A stretch of 63,224 bases of DNA, counting the filler, from Choristocarpus tenellus KU-1152 (lineage: Eukaryota > Protista > Phaeophyceae), in the NCBI GenBank assembly GCA_964200185.2. It is 13 parts of 13 records of this genome, joined end to end, with 100 filler letters (N's around TTAATTAATTAA, not from the genome) between each part and the next. Parts side by side here need not be neighbours in the genome. Positions count along the whole stretch, not along the records: positions 49,343 to 52,994 come from CAXNAD020018719.1; positions 53,095 to 59,901 come from CAXNAD020007306.1; positions 60,002 to 63,224 come from CAXNAD020021432.1; 10 more parts are not named here. The stretch is one strand, 5' to 3'. The translations under genes were made by a program, and so were the position numbers. Positions 52,751 through 63,224 of the stretch are shown piece by piece; positions within the stretch are counted from its first letter, which is position 1, and each line of letters begins with the position of its first letter. The notes under the pieces were generated by a model. The model was not told where the DNA came from and made no database searches. It saw only the letters and a program-made list of their open reading frames with translations.

Positions 52751-52973
52751 GAAATATGAAATACTCAGGAGTATAGAGCTCTCAGATGTATTCAACCAAA
52801 AACTCTATAAGCACAGTAGCATGAGGTTACGTGCACTATTGTACTAAATCAAGGCGGACAGTGGTGTGTGCTCTATAGAGAAAATTGTTCGGAAACGTAC
52901 GAATTGTAAGGATCAGGAAGCAAGAAAAAAGAGGCTGATGGCAATTCCAACAGCCACCACCTTCTCATCTTCT

Positions 52974-53142
52974 GGGTCAAAGTATCTGGGGGGGNNNNNN
53001 NNNNNNNNNNNNNNNNNNNNNNNNNNNNNNNNNNNNNNTTAATTAATTAANNNNNNNNNNNNNNNNNNNNNNNNNNNNNNNNNNNNNNNNNNNNAAAGTG
53101 AAAAACGGACGCCGACACCCCCCCCCCCAGATACTTTGACCC
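52974..53142. mobile_element. MITE family B ends on both sides of a linker (52974-52994 and 53095-53142)
   Basis: GGGTCAAAGTATCTGGGG and CCCCAGATACTTTGACCC, outer flanks TTCT/TTCC. Confidence 0.8.
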
Positions 53143-56023
53143 TTCCACATGAGTGTGTGCCATGATGGGCCACAGTGACCATGAGGAAGACTGATCTGAG
53201 GCAGATCAAGCCCCAAAGTCTCAAAGAAAACAGGTGTTTTGCTCGGCACCTGTGAATAGAGAGCATCCTCACACAAAGTCCATGAAATAATCATATCCGA
53301 TTGGCCATGATAGTCATCTTTATGAACGGCGAGACGTGTAAGAGTAGAACCCAATGTACGCACTTACTCAACATAGGGAAGTTCCTGGATGCCGAAATAC
53401 AAGACTGGATGGTATCCCAGAAGATTTCACAATCGCATGGTTGTGAGGGGTATATACATCACCAAATATTAATGTCCCCTTGCTGCTACTGTCACAATAA
53501 TATCCCTTGAGAAGTTTGATTTGTTGCATTTCTTGGGCACCCAACTACATCCAAGTTTATGCGACGGTCGGTTACTAATGTTAGAGTCCCCGTTCTACCT
53601 ACAATATGCAAATAACATATTACCCATATACTGCAGTCCTCTACCTGCCCCTGAAACATCAATTAAAGACCCAGAACTACCGGGGAAACGAAATACCAGA
53701 CACCTTAAAGGTCCCACTCTGTTCAGCCCAGAGGACTCACTATATCCAGGTGCTCATCATCACTCATTATTTCGTGGAGGGAGATTGACCATTGCAACAC
53801 CACTCCGATGACAGGTGGAGTCAAGCACAAGCGGTTTGCTGCCTAAGACCCCATTTGGAGCAGGTTGAGGCAACACACTTTAAAATGAACACCCTATGCT
53901 TGAGAAGTCACTGGATATCATGATATCCTTGTCGGTCAAATACCCTCAAGAACTCGACACATTCATTCTAGCTTCACTGGTTACCCCATACACATGTATG
54001 GCGTAGGATTGTGCCAATTCGCTTGTCTCACACTCTTCAAGACCACAATCTTACTGACTTGAAAATACAACCCATACCAGACACAGGCAGATGATGTTGA
54101 AAAATTGAGTATCTTCCAATACGATAGCAATTTTTTCTTCCCAACATACGGTTTCATTATTGCAGTGAACGCTCCACTCTTCTTCGTGTGACAAAAAACT
54201 GTACACACCAGAGGTTTGTATAGAGCACAGGCCGTAATAGCCAAAAGCCACCCACTATTATTTCTAATATCAATCGAAGATATCTTTGGAAGATCTCTAC
54301 CGATCTGGGTAATAAACAGTAATGTGTTGCATTACATATTTTCCAGGATCCAGATGGTTGCCATATTGTGTGCATTATTGCAACAGGATTCGATCAACAA
54401 TGGCCAATACCCAAGAGTAATAACAAGGCAATCATCAAGTCCGCCCAGAGTAATCTGGAGTTCATTTCCAGGGCTTTGGGATGCCTGTGTCGTTCTAAAT
54501 TAGTTTTGGGTGTGTAGGCAAACGATGTGCATAGAACAAAACTTCCGAATATTCGATCACTATTGTTCCTCACTCCTCCGTACTTTGAAAAATCGGTCTC
54601 CCTGTGTTTTCATTGGAAACCAAAGCCTCCGTGAATGGTTGAGGGATGAGGGTAAATTAGATAATAGGCCTCTGAAGTTATCTTTATAGAGCTGTATCTA
54701 TGAGCTTGTTGTCGAGAGAGGGTTAAAAGTGTGGATGGTGTATATCTAGGTAGTTGCATATATTTATGAATACAAGAGGGGGTTGGTTGTGACTCGAGGC
54801 AGACAGTCACATCATATTAGATGAAGCAAACAAATCTCGTAGGAAGTCATTCTTTCTACGTTGGGAAAGTATTAGGCATTTGTCTAGGACATTCACCCTT
54901 CCTCTCTAGTTGGCCCCCGTGTGAATCTGCTGGGTGGGGAATTAGAATGTTGGATGCAGGGTTGTGGACAAGACTCCTCATTTTGGCGTCATTCAGTCAT
55001 AACAGAGTACTAGTTGGAAAGGAACATGATCGAGAACAACGCTCGAAGAATAAATATATAAGTATAACCCCCTGGAGGGAGAAAGATCCTGTCCACTTCT
55101 GACCATTAATATGATGGGATGTCACGATATTTTGGTTAATTTGAGTAGAAAAAAGCAGGGTCGAGAAAGCAAGCAAAATTGCCTCAACTGCGGAATACAA
55201 ACGACCAGTTCTTCGCCAATGATATAACTAAAAAATTCAATCTTTGATCTGCATGGATCCATACCAGTCGGCTTGAGTCACTTTAGGTTTATCTTCAATA
55301 AGAGATTGAAAGTAATGAGACTGGTGCCAAGTCAAGATTAGTGCATATAGACCTTTACCTTTGATGCCCTCTATCACGGCAGCAAGTCTAACCATGGTCC
55401 TGAGTAGAATATGAGATACGGTACAAAGTAACAGGGTTCAATCAAGCAGAACACCAAGTATTCAGTTCAGGAAGTAGTCGAACGGGAAGGTAGTCGAACA
55501 GGAGAGGGGGTATAGTGTTGAGGATGACAAGGACGCGACACGAGAGTAACTTCATGCGGAGTATCCAGTTAGCCTGTTGGAATCGTGAGTGGTGCATTTA
55601 TTTTGAGAATACGATGTGCGCCCTCAATTTGTGCTAGGGTAATGCCATATTGTGACGATTCCGTCGAATCGATCATAGTCAAAGCTCTTTCAACATCTCA
55701 ATCTTCGTTACTCTGCTTTGCCTTGGTTCTCTCTTCTCGATTTGATCTCACAACTGCAGCTGCATGGTACCTGTATTACCAAGCTCCTTCTACTAACCGT
55801 ACCTCTCGGTGCTTGAATATTTGTCTGCCTGATTCCGTGCCTCTCTCTCTCTTTGGAGAATCTGAAGTCCAATCAATGTAATATTATCTTTGTTCTATGG
55901 AGATCGAAGGCGTCGCAGGTTCTTCAAGGAGATTCACAGTTTCAGGAATTTCTGTACACAGCCTGTCCATCTTGAGAAGCTCCACGAAGAAACGAAGTGC
56001 AAGCCTCAAACCTGGGCTATAAA

Positions 56024-57175
56024 ATGATCCCAGCAACTTCTAGACCCAAGTCAAAGGATTTAGAGACCCGAGTCATGACCCCCTCGATGCGTGAGGAGTT
56101 TTCGAAAAAAAATGGGCCACGTAGGACCGTTTTCGGAGTGCTTCCCAACAAAAAATATGCGGTGCGTAGAGGACTCCCAGAATACGACGACCTAGGATAT
56201 ATCCCCTACCATCTACGTTGCCCATACCCTTGTCAAATACGTAACTTTGAGGTCAACATCTCCGACGTGCTTCTAGTTAAGACAGTGGTGTAAGAGCTCC
56301 AGGCGCTCTGCTACAAAGGTTCGCCAGGAATGTACAATAATTGCACTGGGCAGGTAGTTTCGTAATCCAATACTCTTAAATCCTTTGTCTGCAGAGAGGA
56401 GAAGCGAGTGTCCCGAGGGGCCTTGGTACCTACCATGCACTGATCCGTACCCATCCCTCTTGCACCATGATGCTCTTATCATTTTTCTTCTTATCCCTTC
56501 GTACTGGGAGGGATCAGGCGGATATGACCTTCTACAAAACAAGCAACCACCTTCCATATCGTACAGGGGGGCGATACCAGGGGGAGTGGAAGGCTGACAA
56601 AAAAAATGGCTATGGTACCAAGACATGGGTCAGCGGCAATAAGTATGAGGGGGTGAGCGAATGAGAACTGTCCTATCTTGTCGATAATCTTACGACCTAA
56701 CAGCCTTCTCCATTGTTAAAATCAGGTCCCCAAATAATTTCATTGACTTTCTCGAGGTAGAAAATGAAGGGTAAGCCTTTGATTGCATGATGATTCTACT
56801 CGCTCGACTTTCTTCTTGCAGCAGGATCATATCAACCTCAATCTGTTCATGGGCGAGAAGATTATAACAGATTGAAACAAGTTCTAAGTGGATTCTCTAA
56901 ATATTTTCAGGTCTACAGGGAGCAAAGTTCATCCATCCAAATCGGCTAATCACTATGGACGATTTCAATCCATTTTCAAGAAAAATATGAATGATATGCA
57001 CAGTTCAACCCCTGTGTGCAATGGTCACCAGGGAGCTTGGTGCATCCCCATTTTAGCTCCTTTTCTCCTCTTGTCAAAATCCAGGAATGGGTATGGGACA
57101 AGCGCCATGGTAAGGGGACCTACTGGGTGACCCAGGATGGCAAGCTCCGGAAGCAATATGCGGGTGGATGGAAAG
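56024..57175 (+). CDS. MORN3: MORN-repeat protein, MORN3-like, 5' exons 56024-56161, 56395-56425, 56567-56652 and 57085-57175; the rest was not found
   Basis: The joined frame reads MIPATSRPK...KKNGPRRTVF...KKYA/RGEASVPRGLG/GRYQGEWKADKKNGYGTKTWVSGNKYEG/EWVWDKRHGKGTYWVTQDGKLRKQYAGGWK. It has canonical Y.G.W.....G.G MORN repeats plus an N-terminal K.NG.R..V motif as in MORN3. The phases are compatible. Confidence 0.8.
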
Positions 57176-57449
57176 GTCAGCACCTCACAGCGAGAAAGAT
57201 GGGTGCATTCTTGTGTCCACCCCTTTGCTTACCGACCCCGGTACCTTTCAAATCCCTTCATCTTTTTTCAAGCCCTGCTCCTCAGTCTTATCCATGGACC
57301 AGTTGATTACTACAATACCTCCATCTCAATCCTTTTCCCGACTTTCTGACTCCATGGTATATGGTGAGGGGAATGCATTAACTGGTATATGCCAGAGCTC
57401 TGTGCCATATTTCACGACCATTTTGTGCATGCTTCTCAAATTTTACCAA

Positions 57450-57495
57450 TAAGCATAAGCGTAAGCATAAGCATAAGCATAAGCATAAGCATAAG
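57450..57495. repeat. (TAAGCA)n microsatellite
   Basis: taagcataagcgtaagcataagcataagcataagcataagcataag. Confidence 0.95.
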
Positions 57496-57637
57496 AGAGA
57501 GAGGAATTTCCACTTTTGTTCCACTGAAATTTGTATGCCTAGAATAGTGTATCAGTTTGAAGGGTGAAGAAGTCTCATCCTCTATACAGAGAGGCATTTC
57601 CGGCATTTTACCGCTGAGAAAATAAATATGTGCATTG

Positions 57638-57808
57638 GGCTCAAAGTATCTGGGGCGGGAGGGTAACAACTGTCCATTCAGGGCCCTTTTTTCCTTGCCG
57701 CGATTTTTGGGTGAGTTGGTTGCATGCATCAGATGGATAATGTAAGTACACTTCTCCTGTTCAGGACCCGAATGGACACCCGGTGTAGACCCCCAGATAC
57801 TTTGAGTC
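57638..57808 (-). mobile_element. MITE family B, complete copy
   Basis: GGCTCAAAGTATCTGGGG ... CCCCAGATACTTTGAGTC, flanks TTG/TTG. Confidence 0.88.
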
Positions 57809-58738
57809 TTGGCACTTGCGCTGCACTTCACATGACTCCTGATCAGGGCTCCGTTTGGAAGTGACTTTCGATCAAGTTCTGACCGTGGTCACAGATCTAG
57901 TTCTGCCTTCCCAAAGTTACCATGCACATCTGAGTCTCACTTGACTCGCTAATTAAAAGATAGTATCAGCTATTTCTAGGTGCTACGTTTGGATATTAAT
58001 AACTACCCCCCTCGCTTCCCTTTTATCAGTAGTCCAAACACTACCTATGATTGAGCGGATGCTGACCCAGACGTTACTATTTTTTGGTTGTCTAGCAGGG
58101 CTCTGATCTTTGATTCCTATAGGAGTTTAGAATTCTCCATTAACCACTTTGAACGTCCAAGTTATGCACAGAACCCTCTGTTGTACAGGTAAGTTTGGTT
58201 GAGTTGTCTCCTTCTGCACGGGCAGGCACAGGCTGTCACCTGTGTACAGACCCTTCCTGCCCCTCTCCTCCCAGTGCTGCTGGAGCACCCTTCCTACTAC
58301 CTAGGGGGGCTTCTCCTCCTTTCTTCCCACCTGTGCAGCCCCCCCCTTTCCTCCTGGTGTTGTTGGAGCATCATGGGCAGTTCTTCCCCTCCTCTTTCCT
58401 CCCCTGCACAGTTCCCTCCTTTTATCCACACACAGCACTCTGTGTGTGAGTGGCCTGCAGTGCCCCACTGAAGGCCTGCTGTAGCCCATGCATGTGATTA
58501 CACAGCAGGGACAGTAGTAGCAATGTTTTTTCGTGGTGGATGGGGGATATCTGTATCATCAAGTGGAGTATCACAGAGCAGCATCCATTGAGGGCAGACT
58601 ATGCAGTGGTGAGAGCCAAGCATAGACTACCAATAGATTACAGAGCATCATCAGTCAAATATCATATATGAAGCAGCATTGATTGAGGACACACAGCACA
58701 CTAGATTCCATGCGCTGGAAATGGCACAATTATGCAGT

Positions 58739-59268
58739 GAGTTAAATTATCTTAGAGGGTAGGAGTTTTGCCCTGTTTGTCCATTTGGGTTTTGGATTCC
58801 CACGGGGGTTTTACGACATTTTACCTACTCCAAAAAGTTTTGGAGTAGGTAAAATGTACTCGGTATACAATATGAAAAGATGTGTCCAGGTCAAGTATAT
58901 TGATACTTCCCAACAAACACAATAGCCAAAATTACATCAAAACTGCAACATTGAGGGAAAGTATCTTAGAGGGTAGGGCCGTGTCCTTTTGGCGGTCAAA
59001 ACCCAATGTTGAAAGTGTAATGTAATTTTGGCTATCATGTTTGTTAGGAAGTGTCAATATCCTTGCTCCAGACACACCTTTTCATAACACTTACGTTTTA
59101 CCTACTCCGATATATTTTGGAGTAGGTAAAATGTAAAAAAAAAACAACGTGGGAATCCAAGCCCCAAATGGACAAACAGGGCAAAACTCCTACCCTCTAA
59201 GATACTTTTACTCATTGGATATTGGCCCCCAAACAAACTCGGCTCTACCGTCTAAGATACTCTGACTC
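58739..59268 (+). mobile_element. MITE family A with a second family A copy (58953-59213) nested inside in inverse orientation
   Basis: The outer TIRs are flanked by AGT/AGT. The inner element interrupts gcaacATTggat with ATT duplicated on both sides. Confidence 0.92.
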
Positions 59269-59827
59269 AGTGGTCATGACTAAGCACGGACCGGTGGCAA
59301 AATACCTGGCACTTCAATTGAAGGATTGATTCAGGACACAAGTACGTGTGTTGCAGCTCTCCTGTCTCTAACCTTCTCCGTTCTTAGAACGGTCTACTGC
59401 GAGGTCTCAACTCTGATAGGTGGATTGACCCATGCACAGCTTCAAGTAAAGCCCGACCTTGTCCGTGCTCAGCCACAGGGGGGATGCTAGCTGTTTTCAT
59501 TGCCACATTAAACGTCTAGAACATATCTCTTGTGTTGAGAAGAGTTCTTTTTGATGGACTTAGAGCTCTGAGCACGAAAAAATTCTTAACACGGTTAGCA
59601 GGGTGTGCAGCGCACATTCCTGTGATTAGTAGGTGTAAAAACAGTCACTACCCAGCCAGCCAATAAGGGGCAGCGATTGTACAGGTGGCGTACCACCATA
59701 TTCGTGTGTGTAGAAAATGTAACAAGGGCATGAAACGGGCAGCACTCTGCCCACAAAGTCTTCAAAGTCTTCTTCCATTAGAAAAATCCACTTCACTCCT
59801 GAAAACTCCTTCTGTGCACCTGCATCA

Positions 59828-60041
59828 GGCTCAGAGTATCTGGGGGGGGGGGGGGTGTCGACTGTCCATTCGGGGTCAAATTTTTTTTGGCGGGTTTTGG
59901 GNNNNNNNNNNNNNNNNNNNNNNNNNNNNNNNNNNNNNNNNNNNNTTAATTAATTAANNNNNNNNNNNNNNNNNNNNNNNNNNNNNNNNNNNNNNNNNNN
60001 NTGTGGCCCCCCCCCCCCCCCCTCCCCAGATACTTTGGGTC
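59828..60041. mobile_element. MITE family B ends on both sides of a linker (59828-59901 and 60002-60041)
   Basis: GGCTCAGAGTATCTGGGG... and ...CCCCAGATACTTTGGGTC. Confidence 0.8.
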
Positions 60042-60469
60042 CGAACCGTTTGCCGTACGTAGATTTATTGCACCAGGTGGAACAGGATGCACATCAAAAC
60101 GATTCAGTTGAGGGTGACTGCGAACAAATACTTCTGAAATACATGATACATCACTTGCTGTGTCAATACTTAAGTCATTTTCTCCTTGTTCTTCAACGGT
60201 GCCAGATACACGAACCCTTTGTGATAAAATCAATAAAGGTTTGGGCATAGATGGGTATCTGCACAAAGAACTGTTAAACCAAGTTTCATTATTATTGCAT
60301 GAGTTTGGTTGAACTGACAGCAAAGAAAACTGCTTAGTGACACGCGTGCAGGCACTAAACGATGCCTGAGGAGCAAGAGGTGTGACTGAGGTCAACCTTC
60401 GACGCTTGCCACACCCTACAATGATGTCAACAACACCATGACTATTCCTAAGTGGACAGGAGTCAAATC

Positions 60470-62223
60470 CCCCTAGTCACCCCTAGGGACGAGGAGAACA
60501 ATGGCATGGTATTGACTGTCTATCCTCACGAACACGTGCACCACGACTCCTTCCTCTACGACGCAGGTACGGCCTACGAGTACCCTTCGGATTGTCCAGG
60601 CACGACTGGGTTGTATGACCCCCACGAGTCTCCGCCTGACAATCCGAGTACTGACATACACTACTGTGATGCTGCTCAGCGTGGTACTGGGGTGTAGATG
60701 GTGTCTCTGCATAGTGTGACGTGTCCCGGGGTCGTGATGATCTGTCAGTTGAGGTGGCTGTGGCAGGTGGGTGTGTCAACGACCGAGCTGGGGACCCGTT
60801 GAGGGTTTGCCTCCCCCCCTCGGTGACGATCTACCTCCGTACAAAGAAATTGATTTTACCGTTGTAATTGGACAAAATCTGCGCGAGGAACCTGTCCACA
60901 ACGAGAGTTTGCGTCACAGCACTAGTGTAACTTGTTGGGGTGGAATTATTACGAGACAGATCGTTGGCTTCATGCCGTTTTGCATGGCCATGAGCCTGGG
61001 CAAACATGGTGGCAGGTTCTTCCCGAATCTCCTCAAGTCGAATTGTAGGGAGTAAGCCGTCTTCCATCAGGGTGATTTTCAGTTACTGAACAAGAAACGT
61101 TGTTGTGTCGATCGAATCTGATGGTGATTTTGTACGACAAACATCATCTTTAAAATGATTCATTGCTGTTGTGCAACGTAAAGTATATTTGTCAACAGAC
61201 TCAGTTTGTCCCTGTTTCAAGGATGTTAGTCTACAGGCTGATGCACTTACAGCATGGGCGGGAGTAAATGCGTTGATCAAGACTTTCTGGGATATCATCC
61301 CACGTCTTTGGAGGTGTAATGGGGACAGGGGTGTCAAGGGAAGATTGCAATCGAGCCAAATCACTTATTGAACGCCATTCTATCGTACCAGCCAACCCCT
61401 GCAAATAGAATGTTTCGGCAGGTTCTTGAAGAATTTTCGGTAAAATTCTACACAACGAGCATCAACTGCTTCAGGGGAGATGCAGGATCGTACTGACTAG
61501 AATGCAAAGATATTGCCTCATGCCATTTAGAGAACAGAAGTGGCAAATCTTCTTCCCCAGAACCTGTGATTATCAGACCAGATGGGATTTCCGAAGTGGA
61601 AAACCCCAAAAGACTCCAACCTGAAATGGTTGTGGGCGAGACATTGCTACTCTGTTCAACAGGTCTTACGTGATCGACGCCAGTTCTCCGAACTTGAAGC
61701 TTCAACAGATCCTGAAGCCGTTTAGGAGGCACAGCGTTTGTTCTCGCACACTCGTTCATGTGGTGCGCAATGAACGCTGTTTCAGTATCTCCGAACTGAG
61801 CCTGCAAAGCGGCCACACCACAAGTAGTGGAACTTGTAGGCGGGACAGGATCGTCCTAAAAAAGGACCCAACAAGTGTCATGGTCACCCGAGCTTACACG
61901 ATGCTCAAAGGTCGATGAGACAGGTCTGGTATGAGCCTGATGATCTGTAGAGGGAGGGAGGGGGGGAACCTCGTCTAGACTCGGCAATTGTTGTGTTATT
62001 AGATGATGCCAACGAGAGACCAGATGAGTCGGAATCATGACTTTGTTGAGGGTTCCATGTCTTCTGTTGACTGGTGTCCCTGAACTTCGTCCTCTGATGT
62101 TCTCTATGCTTCCAGATCGCTCTTGTTCACGACGTTTTCGCCTCAATCTTGCATTCGGCATCTTTCGTCAGTGGTCAAACAAAAATTACCGTCACCCTAT
62201 TTCTGAGTTCACCGGTGTCTCCA
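60470..62223 (-). mobile_element. Decayed LTR-retrotransposon (Ty3/Gypsy-like) gag region
   Basis: Disrupted frames give RLTSLKQGQTESVDKYTLR (gag major homology region-like), EDGLLPTIR...PAT.FAQA...AKRHEA and a variant knuckle CQYSDC.......H....C. A possible LTR end plus primer-binding site (CA-t-TGGAGACACCGG) lies at about 62226-62211. Confidence 0.65.
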
Positions 62224-62659
62224 ATGTCAATCATGTGATTCTGCGGTGATGTGGTTCACTCAAGTAAGGGTGGTGAAGAGAATCACCAGGCAAGACAGAC
62301 CAGACGAACCAAGACGAACCGTAACCGAGAGTATGAGCTTATGGTTGGACAAGACCAAGACTGCAACGACTTGCAGGGAAAATTGAGGAGTGATGAGCAT
62401 CTTCAGAGAGGGGCATTCATAACCACAAGTCAAGACGTGAGAAAAAAATGAATCTTTCATGTTTAACAACTCTAAATGACGAGCAGTCCCAAATATGTGG
62501 AAATGGTCTCTTGAAGAGATTCCATGGTTTCATTCTGACAGAAGATCCGCCAGTGGAATAATGGATGCTTGACAAGGAACCTCAATCGGTACAACGATAT
62601 AACGATATAGCAGTATAACAACAGACAAACATGCTTTCCACATTATACTGACCCGTGAA

Positions 62660-62722
62660 TAGTTTTCATTGGTTTCCCCCCTGACACATCTGCAAAATGT
62701 CAGAGGACATAATAATAAATAT
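62660..62722 (+). repeat. Dispersed repeat family D fragment
   Basis: tagttttcattggtttccccc.tgacacatctgcaaaatgtcagagg.cataataataa, nearly identical to 21360-21417. Confidence 0.85.
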
Positions 62723-63224
62723 TATATTATTGTAGAGTGTGCACAATGAAATACATAAGGTATTTTGTTTAATAGCGATAAGAAAATCCACTACAAAAAT
62801 CAGATTGCACAAAATGAAACTCATTACCAAAAAGAAAATATTCAAAAACAATAAACGCCACCCCAAGGTGATGAGAAAATCCAAACCATCTTCACAGGAC
62901 GGTTAGTGGGCGCCCCGTGACGAAAGAGCAGTCTACCTTAGCCCGTTGTTAGCTTCCGCCTATTTCGACCCTTCCCTGGACTTTCCCCAGTGGATTGAGT
63001 GATGGAGGTAGTTCTTTGTCCGAATGATGTTGACTTCTATTGCTCGCCCTGTCTGTCTGTGGCTAAAGCAAGTGGGGATCGAAGCACAGGCTGGGGAATG
63101 GATTTGACTGGTTGAACGGGTTTTGATGCATTGCTTTTTGGAATGAATGAGGTCCGTATTTCGCAGGAACTGAAGCAGGTTATTTGTTTAAGGCAGCACA
63201 GACAGCGGGTGAGGAGCTCTGCCT

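Larger units (their letters stand above)
3488..60001. other. Twelve artificial 100-bp contig linkers (N44-TTAATTAATTAA-N44) at 3488-3587, 6607-6706, 14383-14482, 18453-18552, 21249-21348, 23991-24090, 26765-26864, 41304-41403, 45316-45415, 49243-49342, 52995-53094 and 59902-60001, plus a 9-N gap at 16322-16330
   Basis: The layout is identical each time. TTAATTAATTAA puts a stop codon in all six frames, a standard concatenation spacer. Confidence 0.97.

Noticed and set aside
53300-55990. Minus-strand gene head-to-head with the MORN3-like gene
   Set aside because: A few short exon-like pieces exist (for example about 55339-55399), but no coherent model or domain.
3488-60001. Recurrent TTAATTAATTAA as a biological motif (piggyBac TTAA, PacI site or CRISPR-like repeat)
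   Set aside because: It is always centred in N44/N44 padding, which marks an artificial six-frame-stop linker.

Overview
Eukaryotic, intron-rich and transposon-rich draft DNA. It is 13 probably unrelated contigs joined by 12 artificial 100-bp linkers (N44-TTAATTAATTAA-N44), so adjacency across linkers is not biological. The splice style, TTAGGG tracts, ciliary genes and TE types fit a flagellated alga, possibly a brown alga or other stramenopile (inference only). Host genes rebuilt by hand from GT-AG phase-compatible exons: the last four exons of cytoplasmic dynein-2 heavy chain (27993-30915, +), the first four exons of a MORN3-like gene (56024-57175, +), and three fragments of unknown low-complexity proteins. 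There is also an uninterrupted three-exon, about 905-aa piggyBac-type transposase gene (38070-34529, -). It keeps its Cys-rich C-terminal domain, has Asn in place of the first catalytic Asp, and shows no visible TIR/TTAA ends, so it is a candidate domesticated PGBD-like gene. Decayed TEs include a plant-type mariner, a hAT, a CRE-like LINE 3' end and a Ty3/Gypsy-like gag. Four MITE families share one terminal motif and show mixed 3-bp and 4-bp target duplications. Other elements are Stowaway-like MITEs, a long-TIR MITE carrying a telomeric-repeat insert, and several tandem duplications. No rRNA, tRNA or CRISPR array was seen. All protein assignments are from motif recognition; no database search was run.
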